Shown piece by piece: positions 26,340 through 38,515 of a stretch of DNA of 64,000 nucleotides (the first letter of the stretch is position 1; the number at the start of each line of letters is the position of its first letter). A program made the position numbers and the translations under genes. The notes beneath the pieces were generated by a model, which saw only the letters and a list, made by a program, of their open reading frames with translations, was not told where the DNA came from and searched no databases. The DNA lies in the NCBI GenBank assembly GCA_951406725.2, contig OX597814.1:98642001-98706000 (forward strand), in the 5' to 3' direction. Origin of the DNA: Octopus vulgaris (Eukaryota).

Positions 26340-27260
26340 TGATATAAAGTAAGCTACAGAAAGAAAACAAAACTAAGTCGTAAGTTTTATCTTATAATTC
26401 TGTATTTTGAGGCTATGGTCCCTTCTTCAGGAATAGGAAAAATCGTTATTGAGATGTGTAGGGAGCAAGAAGGAAGGAGAAAGGAGGAAGGTGGCATGCG
26501 CAGACTGTTGTTGTTATAGCAACCAGTCTTCTGCATGTTGTTCCTTCTTGTTGTTTATAGCTGGTCTGAGTTTGTTGATAAGTACCTCCATGATTCTGAG
26601 ATTGCTCCTGTTGCGTTTGTGGCCCTGATGGGCACCTTGAAATCCTATGTCTGGCACCTCTTTTGGTATTTTTTTTATTGAAGTATCTATGGGCTTATGT
26701 TCTTTTATTTGAACGTGGAATTTCCTGGAGCTGCTCCCAATGTAGGATGCATCACATTTACTGCTGACTACTTCCTATACCACATAGGCATTCGGGCACG
26801 TTTTGAAGTCGTTGATAGAGCGATTAGATAGTTTTCAACCCACGATGCTATTTGTGGAATTATTTCTAGACAGAAATTTTCTCAGGAATAGACTGATGTG
26901 CACCACCTGTATGTGGAATTCCTCCCTGCGGATCGCAAGTTGTATAGCCGCAATGGTTTTGTCATTAAAATAGTTTAAGGAAGAACATATATATCATTTA
27001 GTAAACCCCAAAAACCCCTGGCCCATACTTAAAATCACACCTACTATCTCGGGAATTGACGGTCCCTTTAATAAAATGTCTTGCCTTCTTTCTAAACTCT
27101 TCAAACCCTTACTACACACATCAACAAGCTCCAACGAATAGCGACCTCACTTAGAAATAATTAACAACCTTTCAGCTTGATACACTATACTAAAAGTCCT
27201 GAAGAATGGATCATAGCTCCGAAATATAGGAATAGAAGATAATACAACTTTTCTTTTCAC
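26340..27260 (-). mobile_element. Decayed Penelope-like element (GIY-YIG remnant with inverted pLTR-like ends)
   Basis: Minus strand ~26790-26700 reads NAYVV*EVVSSKCDASYIGSSSRKFHVQIKEH. CCTGAAGAA.GGA.CATAGC..C.AAATA occurs inverted at ~26400-26435 and 27197-27235. Confidence 0.65.
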
Positions 27261-27344
27261 CCTCTGACTAAATTTGGATCGGTTGAGTCATCTGGCACTA
27301 TATACTTATTCTTGAAAAGCTTTCATTGTTAATCCTTACTTGTA

Positions 27345-27446
27345 TTCACCTGATGAAAACGGCTTTTTTCTTTTCTTTTTTTTTTTTGCATGATATAACT
27401 CTTGTTTATCAATAAAAAAAGACATGGCTGAAACAGCTGTAGTGAA
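27345..27446 (+). ncRNA. Degenerate minimal hammerhead motif
   Basis: TTCAC-CTGATGA-(~70 nt, poorly paired)-GAAA-CAGCTG-TA-GTGAA. Related copy on the minus strand at 38410-38512. Confidence 0.45.
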
Positions 27447-28444
27447 CCACAATTCATCTATTGGTATTACATACACCGTCGATTCCAACTTCTTTGACTT
27501 ACCAACGTTAATGACCCCGATGTTACAAAAGACCATATCTAGGAAAATTAACGAGATAGTTTGTTTCCGAGGATTCTTTACTTATTTTTCCTACCGATCG
27601 TTCATCAATTTGATATTATTTATTGCTATACAAGTTGGCGAAGTAGTGAAATCGTTTACGTGCTTGTCAAACTGTTTAGCGACATTACGCTCGTCTCTAT
27701 GTTCTGAGTTCAAATTCCGCTGAAACCAACTTTGCCTTTCATCAATTCACTGTCAATAAAATAGGTACCAGTTGAGCATTGGGGATCGATGTAATCGACC
27801 TACTCCCTTCAATGAAATTACTGCCCTCATGTCAAAATTTTGAAACCAATATTTTAAATTTCTATTTTTATTCCTATTCACCAAGCTGTCCCTATTCTCC
27901 CCAAAATCACCGTACACACACGCGCGCACGCACCACATATATGGGTGTATAATAGAAGTGAATTTCCATCGCTAGATGATAAAGACTTAGTTGCTTGATA
28001 ACTGAATTGCCTGCTTCTCATTTAACGTCCGTCTTTACGTTCTGAATTCGAATTCTGCCGAAGTCGACTTTGCCTTTCATCCATCCACTGGCGGTCGATG
28101 TAATCGGCCTACTACCTTCCACGAAATTTCTGGCCTTGTGCCAAAATTTGAAACCAATATTATTTATTACTATGACCTTTTCTATGCTACTCTCATTTAT
28201 TGTATTTATCAGACCACATCGGCTTATACTCTGTCAATTTTTTGATAGTTGTGATGAGAATACCGCTGCTATTTTCATTTACTATTGCATGGATTTTCTA
28301 AATATTCGTTTAGTTTCAATGATCTAAGGATGTTGATTGATGTAACAATTCCTCTGATCGTCACTGATTAATAAATATGTTACAACCGCCTCTATTCTTT
28401 GACCGTTTTATAAATAAATTAACTATTTCAATGAAATCGGGCAA

Positions 28445-28818
28445 AGCTGAAGTTGTCTGTGTATGGCAGGTTTGGTAGCCTTCAACTAACACTATCTCCT
28501 CCGAGACCCTGCGACGCAAGTTGACCAAAATTGAGAGTATGATAGAAGAAGGCTTGCGCTTCATTCCGTAGAAGATAAAATTCAAATCGGACCATGTTAA
28601 CACCAAAAATTATTTACATCAAAAAGGTGCTTTTTTTCTATGAAAATCCCTATTTTTTTACGATTTTTTGACTGCTGTTTCGCCATTTTTCGGTGTATTT
28701 CAACCAGAAAAATGTTCACTCAAAGAGAATAACAAGCTACATAATGCAAAATTTTTACTTTTAAAAAATTCCAATTCTAAAGGGTCGAAAAAAACCCGAG
28801 CAACGCCGGGCGATACTG
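28445..28818 (+). mobile_element. Non-autonomous Helitron (same family as 25865-26224)
   Basis: Near-identical body with the 3' hairpin; terminal CTAG is absent. Confidence 0.85.
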
Positions 28819-29290
28819 GCAGAATTTTATGATTATTATTTAATTACGATACCAAAACCAAATAGATTTATAAATCTTACATCGAAACGTCATTGAAAAT
28901 TTTCAGCATATGCTCCATCTGTATCCTTGCAAATTTTTAATCAATCCTTCACATTTTGAAGCATTTCAGAGGTTATCCCCTGCACTGCTGACTGAATGCG
29001 TTTTTTAAGATCAGCAATACTACAGCTCCATCCTTGTGATGGAGGTAGAGAGAAAATGATCGCAGCCAAATTGAAAAAGATAAAAAAAAAAAAAAGCGGG
29101 ATCCAACTGGAATGAAAATAAAGCTATTAAAAAAATTATATAAATCATAAAATTATATACACTTTAACACATATTAAACATGATAAACATAAATAGAAGT
29201 GAGTTTTTAAAAAAATTGTCCGATTTCACTGAAATACATAGTTAATTCTGAGACACTGTATTATAATGGATGCATTATACAATGGATGCA

Positions 29291-29450
29291 AGGCAGCAAG
29301 CTGGCAGGATTGTTAGCAGGCGGGAGGAAATGCTTAGCAGTATTTTCGTTCGCCTTTACGTTCTGAGTTCAAATTCCACCAAGGTCGACTTTGCCTTTCA
29401 TCCTTTCGAGGTCGATAAATTAAGTACTAGTAAAACTCTAGGGTCGATGT
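29291..29450 (+). mobile_element. SINE family B, 3'-truncated
   Basis: Head and core motifs present. Confidence 0.8.
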
Positions 29451-29809
29451 AGATACATTATAGAATGTAGATACATAATAGAATGGATGTATTATACTTA
29501 TAATCGGTAATTTCCTGAGTTTTCTACTTGTGTTGAATATTTTTGAATTAATGGGAAGATTTATCGCTCTATACATCCTGTTTGTCGATATTTCTTACGA
29601 TTATCTGATGTATGTGTGTGTGAGTGTGTGTGAGAAAAACGCTATACGTATATACATATGAACGCCCCCCCCCCCCCTCACATACACACATACACAGAGT
29701 TGACCAAAAGTCACGCACAAAGAAGGCCAATACGCTCCGGAATTGCCAAATACATGCTAAAATAAATAAAATAATTATGAATACATACGTACTTATACAT
29801 GATGAACAA

Positions 29810-31574
29810 AATAACCGGATCCGCGACAGCAGGTGTCCGACACAAACCCACAGGTCAGCAATGCTTGTGTCTGTAAAGTTTATCCCGAACGGGCAGCGCC
29901 CTTCGGTAGCATTGCCAGGCCAGGGATTTCTGAAAATTATCCATAGGCCTCGCCTCGGAAGTCCTCCGAAACAGACCAGTAAGTTGATCTTCGTCGACGC
30001 CCAGAGCTTCCCCGAAAACGTCGTCGCACTTTTTCTCTCCACTAACCCTCTATAGAACATTAGAGTGAAACTACCACCGACCGCATTACTTGACTGGCAG
30101 AGGGTTGTGAGCGCTTGACGGCACTCGAAACGTCAAGTGCACCACCTCGGTCTACGTCTAATCCAGGATTGCAGCTTAGTCAAAGAAACGAGCTGTGGGA
30201 GAGCGAGTCTAACAAGCAGCGACCACACCTGCTTATCGTTAAGGAAACGCTTGAGATGTCGTATCCTGAGCGCATGTCTACGCAGCAGCAATCACGGCTG
30301 TCGACAGCAGATGGAGCGCATGAACAGCGGCACGCATCCCCTCCTCAGAAAGCGAAAGAGTAAGCGCACCAACTTGTTAAGCCAACATACGGAGTAAGGG
30401 ACGACGGTCAAGCAGGGTTGATGACGGATGCGATGTATGCATTCGCCACCTCAGCTCGACCTTTCAAGGACACCTTCCTCTAGGCCCATTTCTGGGTGAG
30501 ATTGGCCACCCTGCTCATCACCTCGTCCAGTTTTTTCCACCTAGAGGTCCGGGCCGAATCAGACCCCGAGCAATTTAACCGGACCATCTGTCAAGCGCCG
30601 CACTATGTTGTTGGATGGTATAAACTTGCCTCTGCAGATGCCGAGTTGCAAGCCCACTGATTTTTCTGTGTTGGTTTTTGCTCCTGTCACTGCTTCATAT
30701 TCTTTTAGTGTGGCGCCTATCAGGTTTATATGCTTGTGGTTCAACATTATAACGATGACAATGTCGGAATAAGCAGATACGCTTCTCTCCCGTCCTAGAT
30801 CACGTGGGATGCCCCTCAATGCCTCCAGCTTCTGCAGCAGTGGCTCAAGAGTCAGTACATACAGAAGGGAGGAGTGAGGGCACGCATGACGGACCGAGGA
30901 CAAGATACTGAATGGTTTTGACAGGATTTAGACTGATCTAAATTGATCAGTCCCACCCATGCCAAATTCGTTACCTACCCTCTCTATGATGTAACGCATA
31001 AGGTGGAAATTGTGTATAGCCCTGCTTGGTATGGCGCATGTTTGCGCATCGCCAATCAGCTTGTCCACGACGAGTGCAAACTCTTGGCCAACATTTTGGC
31101 CAAAATCTTCAACTCTGCATTGAACAGAGTGATGGAACTGAAATTCTTTATAACGTCCCCCTTGTTTGAGTCCTTTCTCAACAGTGCCACTGCCCCTCGA
31201 CAAACGAAAGTGGGAATTCTCCCATTCTGTTGTGGTATATATCTGCTAAGAGGCCTCCAAACAAATCCGACATAGAAATATAAAGCTCGTAGGACAGAGC
31301 ATCCAAACCTGGCGATCTGCCTCTCGCGCAGCCCTTCATCGCCTTCTGTATTTCCGCGGCTGTTATCAGCCTTTCACAGCACTCCACCTCACTGATCGAG
31401 AGTCGCGATAGGCCGTCCAAGTAGACACCGAAGTCTGCCCCGTTATCCGTCCTAACACTTGTCCCGAACAGTCGATCGAGCAAAGTACTGCTGAAAAACT
31501 GCTCACATCTGCTTCGGCTCAAACATCACGCGCCCGTTTTGGTCCAACAAAGACCGAATGGTGGCTTTGTTCTC

Positions 31575-31575
<1 letters not shown>
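29810..31575 (-). mobile_element. Decayed Tx1-like LINE ORF2 (RT region)
   Basis: GRSPGLDALSYELY, AQTCAIPSRAIHN, SVRHACPHSSLLYVLTLEPLLQKL (QGCPLSP-like) and VSAYSDI (YADD-like). FYRGLVERK is homologous to FYRRLVEGR at 34270. Many frameshifts. Confidence 0.85.
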
Positions 31576-31631
<56 letters not shown>

Positions 31632-31632
<1 letters not shown>

Positions 31633-32708
31633 CCAAACTGAACAACCCGAGGGAAGTACGGCAACTCCCAAACTGAACAACCCGAGGGAAGTACGGCAAC
31701 TATTGTTGCAAAGAAGGTGAAAATGATGGCAATGAAGAAAGCACACGAGCAATTGGCTGATAGGTGGGAGGAGAAACCTCTGCACGGCAAATATGTGACC
31801 CGCAGCAAACAAGCTGATGTTGACCAGAAGCAAACCCATCAGTGGCTACGGAGCTCAGGGCTAGAAGCAGAGAGCGAAGGTTTCATCCTGGCTGCTCAAG
31901 ATCAAAGCCTATTAACCCGGAACTACCAGGCCAATGTGATGAAAAATGGAGCAGACCCAAAATGCCGATTCTGCAACGACATGATTGAAACAGTGGACCA
32001 CCTAATCTCTGGATGTAAAGTCTTAGCACCAGTGGAGTATAAATTAAGACATGACAGAGTTGGCCAATATCTCCACTGGCTAATAAGTCGGCATTACAAT
32101 ATCAAAACTGCCGACAAGTGGTATAATCACCACCCTGAGGCTGTAACTGAAGGAGAAAATGTAACCATTCTGTGGGACTTTCCAGTACATACAGACCGAA
32201 CCATCAAGGCCAATAAACCAGATATTGTTGTGAAAGACCAAAACAATAAAGTTTGCTTATTGATTGACATGAGCATCCCCTGTGATCATAATATCTCAGC
32301 GAAAGAGTTTGACAAGCTCAGAAAATATAAAGACCTACTCATTGAAATTGAGAAAATGTGGCATCTCAAGGCGGTTACAATACCAGTGATCGTAGGAGCA
32401 CTAGGAATGATCAAGAAGGGAACCGAAAATTATATGAGAATGATCCCTGGCTTACCATCCCTGCAAGAAGTGCAAAAGATTGTCTTAACTAGTACATCAC
32501 ACGTATTGAGAAGAGCATTGTCGATGTGAGAACTGTTGCTGCTCATGTATTTTAATTTAACTTTAAAAAAAAAAAAAATTAAAAAAATGAGCGAACTACT
32601 GAGTTTGGTTTAATGGCCTACCAATGTATGCTATGAGTTTCTTTGCCCTAGGAGTCGGGACGACACTCGGCAAGAAATGGAAGCAAATTTGAAAGAAGAA
32701 AAAAAAAG
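31632..32708 (+). mobile_element. 5'-truncated Dong/R4-like RLE retrotransposon in a (TAA)n tract
   Basis: (TAA)n on both sides (31576-31631, 32709-32732); A-rich 3' end; 35-bp tandem duplication at the 5' junction. Confidence 0.9.
31717..32529 (+). CDS. C-terminal fragment of a non-LTR retrotransposon protein: CCHC zinc knuckle + restriction-like endonuclease
   Basis: CRFCNDMIETVDHLISGC, RHD, KPDIVV..LIDMSIP..K..KY; open for 270 aa. Confidence 0.9.
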   Translation: MKMMAMKKAHEQLADRWEEKPLHGKYVTRSKQADVDQKQTHQWLRSSGLEAESEGFILAAQDQSLLTRNYQANVMKNGADPKCRFCNDMIETVDHLISGCKVLAPVEYKLRHDRVGQYLHWLISRHYNIKTADKWYNHHPEAVTEGENVTILWDFPVHTDRTIKANKPDIVVKDQNNKVCLLIDMSIPCDHNISAKEFDKLRKYKDLLIEIEKMWHLKAVTIPVIVGALGMIKKGTENYMRMIPGLPSLQEVQKIVLTSTSHVLRRALSM

Positions 32709-32800
32709 TAATAATAATAATAATAATAATAATGTAATATAAAAATGTCAAATGCGTGACTTTTGGCCCACCCTGTATCTATCTATCTGTCTGTCTATCT

Positions 32801-33488
32801 ATGGCGAAGGAATGTATCTGGTGGACGCGTCTGAAAGGATTGGAGACAAACACTTTCCTCTCTGGTCAATCTCTCATCAACTTCTTCAAGTACCACTTGA
32901 AAAGGAAAGTGAGAGTAGAGAGGCAAGCTTTGTCTAGCGAATGTTTTAAAAAAAGATGGGTGAATGTAGCAAGGATGGCACGTATGAATGACGAAGCCAC
33001 CTTGAGCATAATCCTATGAACCCAGAAATTGAAAACAGAGGGTTACCCACTTGCAAACAAATGTGGTAACATGTAACAATATTGACCGAGGTTACCGTGG
33101 TCTTTTTCGTAGGCTTTTCTTCCCACGGATAAACCTTACTTGCTTTACCCTTTACACCATATATCATAACACTGTGATACACGATCCCTATTGATCGTTT
33201 TTTTTCCTCTTCCCCTTTTTTCCCCTTTTTTCTTCTTTTTTCATTTCTCTTTTCTTTTGTTCCTTTTCCTTTTCTTTTTTTTATTTTTATTTTTTATTTT
33301 TTATTTTATTTCTTCTTATTTTTTTTGTTCTTTTCTTCCCTTTTACGATCCCTCTTGATCGAAAACCTACGCCACCCCTTTTTTTTTTTGTTTCTTTTGT
33401 TTTTTTGTTTTTTTCATCCCCCAAAAGAAAAGCTCTACCTTGTAACTTGTCCCATCTGTGTGCAGCCCTGTGTGGCCAATAAAGAAAG

Positions 33489-33490
<2 letters not shown>
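32801..33490 (+). mobile_element. Tx1-like LINE 3' end in (TATC)n
   Basis: MAKECIWWTRLKGLETNTFLSGQSLINFFKYHLKRKV, then a T-rich 3' UTR ending AATAAAGAAA; TATC repeats on both sides. Confidence 0.8.
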
Positions 33491-33555
<65 letters not shown>

Positions 33556-33557
<2 letters not shown>

Positions 33558-33912
33558 TCGTAAGACACCTGCTGTTTTTACCATTATTGCTTTTGTATTT
33601 CATGTTCTTGTATTTCATTATTGTTTTTGTTTTTTATATTCGTGTGGCACCGTCCGTTTTGCTGTCCCTGTGTTCGTATGCATTCGATCCTTCTTCCAGG
33701 AAATCTACGCTCCTAGCTTAGTTTTTCTAATGCTCGTTGCTTATTTTTATCCGGAGAGCTGGCCGGATCTAGTAATCTCAAGATTAATCAGCCGAAATTA
33801 CTACGATGATCCGGTTCTTGACTGAAGACTGAGGGCTTCGAATGTCCTGTCTGTGTTTGTTGTATCGTCTTCTAAGTGTTATGCGTTCTTGTCCCAGTTT
33901 GTATTTTTCTAC
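33556..33912 (+). mobile_element. Family P repeat, 3' half
   Basis: Matches 22592-22880. Confidence 0.8.
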
Positions 33913-33920
33913 ATATCATA

Positions 33921-33999
<79 letters not shown>

Positions 34000-34005
34000 T
34001 GTGTG

Positions 34006-34074
<69 letters not shown>

Positions 34075-34142
34075 ATATATATTCATATCTATCGATTTAT
34101 CTTCATATCTATCTGTCTGTCTATCTATCTATCTATCGTCTC

Positions 34143-35180
34143 CATGACCGAACTGCAGTCGTGGATCAAAAAGAGGCCGAGGAAGGGCGAATGGCACCGC
34201 GAGTGTCGCGTTGCTCTCAAGCAACTCTGCCGTCCCGGGTCGACCTTGAGTGACTCCAACCCAACTAAAGCATTCTATAGGAGATTAGTGGAGGGGAGGT
34301 ACGACGACGAGCTCAGGGCGAACCTGGACGTCGACGAGGAATACCTGACCCGCCTGTTAAGGACGACTTTCGGGCCAGGGCCCATGAACAACTTCCAGAG
34401 ATCCCTGGCCTGGCAGTGCTACCGAGAAACACGGGGCCGACCTGCCCGAGATACGTTCTGCACGCACTCGTGCAGTGTCCAACAATTTCCGACCTGCGGG
34501 CTGCTGTCACGTGTGGGACGAGTCGGTTTATCAGCCGAGTCTATCGTCAATAGTGTCACGCCTCCTTCCTTCAAACGGGAAGGAAGAGCTATTTTCATCA
34601 TCCTTGTGGCTATGGCGAAAGAATGTATCTGGTGGACGCGTCTGAAAGGATTGGAGACAAACACTTTCCTCTCTGGTCAATCTCTGGTCAAGTTTTGTCT
34701 AGCGAATGTTTTAAAAAAAGATGGGTGAATGTAGCAAGGATGGCACGTATGAATGACGAAGCCACCTTGAGCATAATCCTATGAACCCAGAAATTGAAAA
34801 CAGAGGGTTACCCATTTGCAAACAAATGTGGTAACATGTAACAATATTGACCGAGGTTACCGTGGTCTTTTCCGTAGGCTTTTCTTCCCATGGATAAACC
34901 TTATCTGCTTCCCCCTTTACACCGTACATCATGACACTGTGATACATGATCCCTATTAATCTTTTTTTTCTTTTTCCCCTTTTTTCCTTTCTTTTTTCTT
35001 CTTTTTTTCTTTTTTCTTTTCTTTTGTTTCTTTTCCTTTTTTTCTTTTTTTTATTCTTTCCCTCTTACGATCCCTTTTGATCGAAAACCTACCCCTTTTT
35101 TTTTATTCTCCAAAAAGAGAAAAGCTCTACTTTGTAATCTGTCCCGTCTGTGTGCAGCCCTGTGTGGCTAATAAAGAAAC
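34143..35180 (+). mobile_element. Tx1-like LINE 3' end in (TATC)n
   Basis: Same ORF end and 3' UTR as 32801-33490, with a longer 5' extent; flanked by TATC repeats. Confidence 0.8.
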
Positions 35181-35181
35181 A

Positions 35182-35216
<35 letters not shown>

Positions 35217-35271
35217 ATATCTATCTATCTATCTATCTATCTATCTACCTATCTATCTATCTATCTATCTA

Positions 35272-35562
35272 AAGGGATCGTAAAAGGAAAGAAAGAGGAC
35301 AAAAAAAGGGGGGGTTAAAAAAAAGGGGGAGGGAAAAAATTGATCAATAGGGATCGTTATCACAGAAATGTCAATATGAAGTGTAAAGGGGAGGACAGGT
35401 GAGGTTTACCCGTGGAAAGAAAAGCCTACGGAAAAGACCACGGTAACCTCGGTCAATGAAGTCACATGTTATATTTCTTTTTTTTTTTTACCCCCAAAAG
35501 AAAAGCTCTACCTTGTAATTTGTTCTATCTGTGTGCAGCCCTGTGTGGCTAATAAAGAAACA
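35272..35562 (+). mobile_element. Tx1-like 3' UTR with 5' inversion
   Basis: 35272-35470 is the reverse complement of the 3' UTR; 35480-35562 is the sense terminus. TATC flanks. Confidence 0.75.
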
Positions 35563-35613
<51 letters not shown>

Positions 35614-36028
35614 TTATCAGTCTGTCTGTCGTTCTGTCTGTCACCCACTTGTTTCTGTCTCTTTTCTTTTTCTGCTTTAAGGTCCATACTTCGTTATTTC
35701 TCAGATCATTAAGACTTTTTTCCTTTGAAGTTAATCTAACAAGCGCGTCTCAGTTGATATATGACATTCTGTGCTTAACACAGTTTTAATTATACTTTAA
35801 TTTCCTGATGAGACAACTGTTTGAAAATACAGACTGATGAATGAATTCAACCTCTGAAATATTCTTGTCTAATGATTTACTAAAACCATCATCGTTCCCT
35901 CTTTTAAAAATTTTTATATTTTACTTTTTACTTCAAACAAAATCTCTTCCTTCCCGTTAAATGATGGACATTATCTACCACACCATCTTTACTTATCTCT
36001 CTCTCTCTCTATTTCTCCCTCTCTATCA

Positions 36029-36062
<34 letters not shown>

Positions 36063-36243
36063 ATTTATGTATCTCTATCGATCTATCTAGCTAGCTAGCT
36101 AGCTGTCTGTCTGTCTACCTGTCTTTCTGTCTGTCTGCCTGTCTTTCTGTCTGCCTGCCTGCATCTGTGCTTGTGTGCGTATGAGTACCTATGTATGTGT
36201 GTATATATGTGTGTGTTTGTGTATGAGTGTGTGTATATATGTA

Positions 36244-36282
<39 letters not shown>

Positions 36283-36376
36283 TTGCATATGTGTGTATGG
36301 TGTGAGTGTCGGTGTATGTGAGTTTTTCGTTCGTGCTTATGATAGGTTAACGTGTGTGAACGGACTAGATATGTAT

Positions 36377-36421
<45 letters not shown>

Positions 36422-36559
36422 GTATGTGTATGTGTGTATGAGTGTGTGTGTAAGTTATGTGTGTAGACGAAGGGGAAAACAGGGGAAAGGAGGAGATTGG
36501 TGAGAGAGATGGCGGTTAGAAGCTGTTACAAGAGGGCTATATTAAGTCCAAATGTCATA

Positions 36560-37020
36560 TGAGACCGTAATAAGAAGATATAGCGTTGCTCCTTGGGAAG
36601 TCTGGTTGTAATTGATCCAAACCGAATATTGTAGTAGATTAAGCAGAAATGGCAGGCAACAGGATATTTTCCTGAAGGTGGATATCGGGTAGGCATTTGT
36701 TAAATCTGTCGGCTCGAGTGCGGCTAGACTTTCCAACATACAAAACCCTGCAAAGAGTATATTCAAAGCAATAAATGACGTTAGATAGGTGCATGAGAAA
36801 GAACCACGGATGTAAACAGTGCGATGATTGGCTCTTGTGAAGGAAACGATATTGGTGATGCAGAGGTTCCGCGACGGATGTCCGGAACAAGAGAAAGATC
36901 CGGATTGGGCTGGAGTGGAGGAGAGAAGAGAGCCACGAACCTGTAAGGTTTTGAGCACGCTTGAGGGGGGTAGTGGTGGCTTGGGGGAAACAGTGGTGGG
37001 GGTGGTTCTAGGAACCACGA
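36560..37020 (-). pseudogene. Penelope-like GIY-YIG endonuclease remnant
   Basis: IRGSFSC / SNVIYCFEYTLCRVLYVGKSSRTRADRF (GIY-YIG motif), frameshifted. Confidence 0.8.
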
Positions 37021-37465
37021 TCAAGCAAACACATACATGAACCATTTTCGATCGCTAATGTTTACAACACTAGCGCCGTTTTTAAATCGTAATTGAATTG
37101 AATTTTACGTATGCATTCTCATGCTATACCAGCAAATGGTTCTTATACTATTTCTATATAATCATAAACTGGCGATCCAATTCATCCCGGGCCCGATTCA
37201 GGTACGTGATGTTGATAAACCACAAAAATGGCAAAATAAGGGTGGGATTGGAGGTGAGTTGTCTCGCCTATCTATGACTGTCAGGTGTTTTAACAGCCAG
37301 TGCTATGAGGGAGTCATCACCAAAGCGCTCTGCCGCAGCGAACCGGTAAACAAGCAAACGCATACACTTAGTTTGTGCGGTGGATAATATGTATGTGTAT
37401 GTATATATTTATATATGTATATATGTATATATATGTATATGTATGTGTATATATAGGTATGTGTA

Positions 37466-37513
<48 letters not shown>

Positions 37514-37552
37514 TACACACACACACACATACATACACACATATGTATGTGT

Positions 37553-37588
<36 letters not shown>

Positions 37589-37908
37589 CTGAAGTTCTCC
37601 GCCAACAGGTATTTCGGGTCATTTATCACATATAGCTGTTACGTGGTAGCAGGGCGTGCTAGAAATAGCAGCCAAATCTTCAAAGTTAATATACGTTGAA
37701 GGCACTCAAAGAATCCCATGGAAAAAATCTATTTCACACTGAGGTTACGAAATATATACCGTATTTTTAAAGTTAGTTTCGCTTTAGAATATCTTTTAAA
37801 TATGCCAAAAAAATGTTTGTAATGGTATTTACTTGAAAGTAATTTAAAGAAAACTAAAATAAAAATACTTACTGTAAACAAGTTACATTCACTTAAAAAT
37901 ATATTTAA

Positions 37909-38311
37909 AGGCGCGGGAGTGGCTGTGTGGTAAGTAGGTTGCTTACCAACCACATGGTTCTGGGTTCAGTCCCACTGCGTGGCACCTTGGGCAAGTGTCT
38001 TCTACGATAGCCTCGGACCGACCAAGGCCTTGTGAGTGGATTTGGTAGACGGAAACTGAAAGAATCCCGTCGTATATGTATATGCATATATATGTCTGTG
38101 TGCTTGAGTGTCGGTGTTTGTCCCCCAACATCGCTTGACAACCGATGCTAATGTGTTTACGTCCCCGTAACTTAGCGGTTCGGCAAAAGAGACCGATAGA
38201 ATAAGTACTAGGCTTACAAAGAATAAGTCCTGGGGTTGATTTGCTTGACTAAAGGCGGTGCTCCAGCATGGCCGCAGTCAAATGATTGAAACAAGTAAAA
38301 GAGTAAAAGAG
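37909..38311 (+). mobile_element. SINE family A, full length
   Basis: A/B boxes, body and tail GGCGGTGCTCCAGCATGGCCGCAGTCAAATGATTGAAACAAGTAAAAGAG. Confidence 0.9.
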
Positions 38312-38515
38312 ACTTCCAAGACTGTACCTAGGTACAAACACTGCACCAACTGTACTATCCATTTTAATTGTAGGTTCTGAGTTAGGTGAATAAAAACAAA
38401 TAACAACATATGGATAGTGGTTCACTCCCTACAGCTGTTTCAGGTATGTTTTTTTTATTGATGAAAAGAGTTGTTACAGCATGTGGAAAAAATACATTTT
38501 CATCAGGTGAATATA

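Noticed and set aside
35800-35870. Two CTGATGA words followed by GAAA
   Set aside because: No consistent stems or cleavage triplet.
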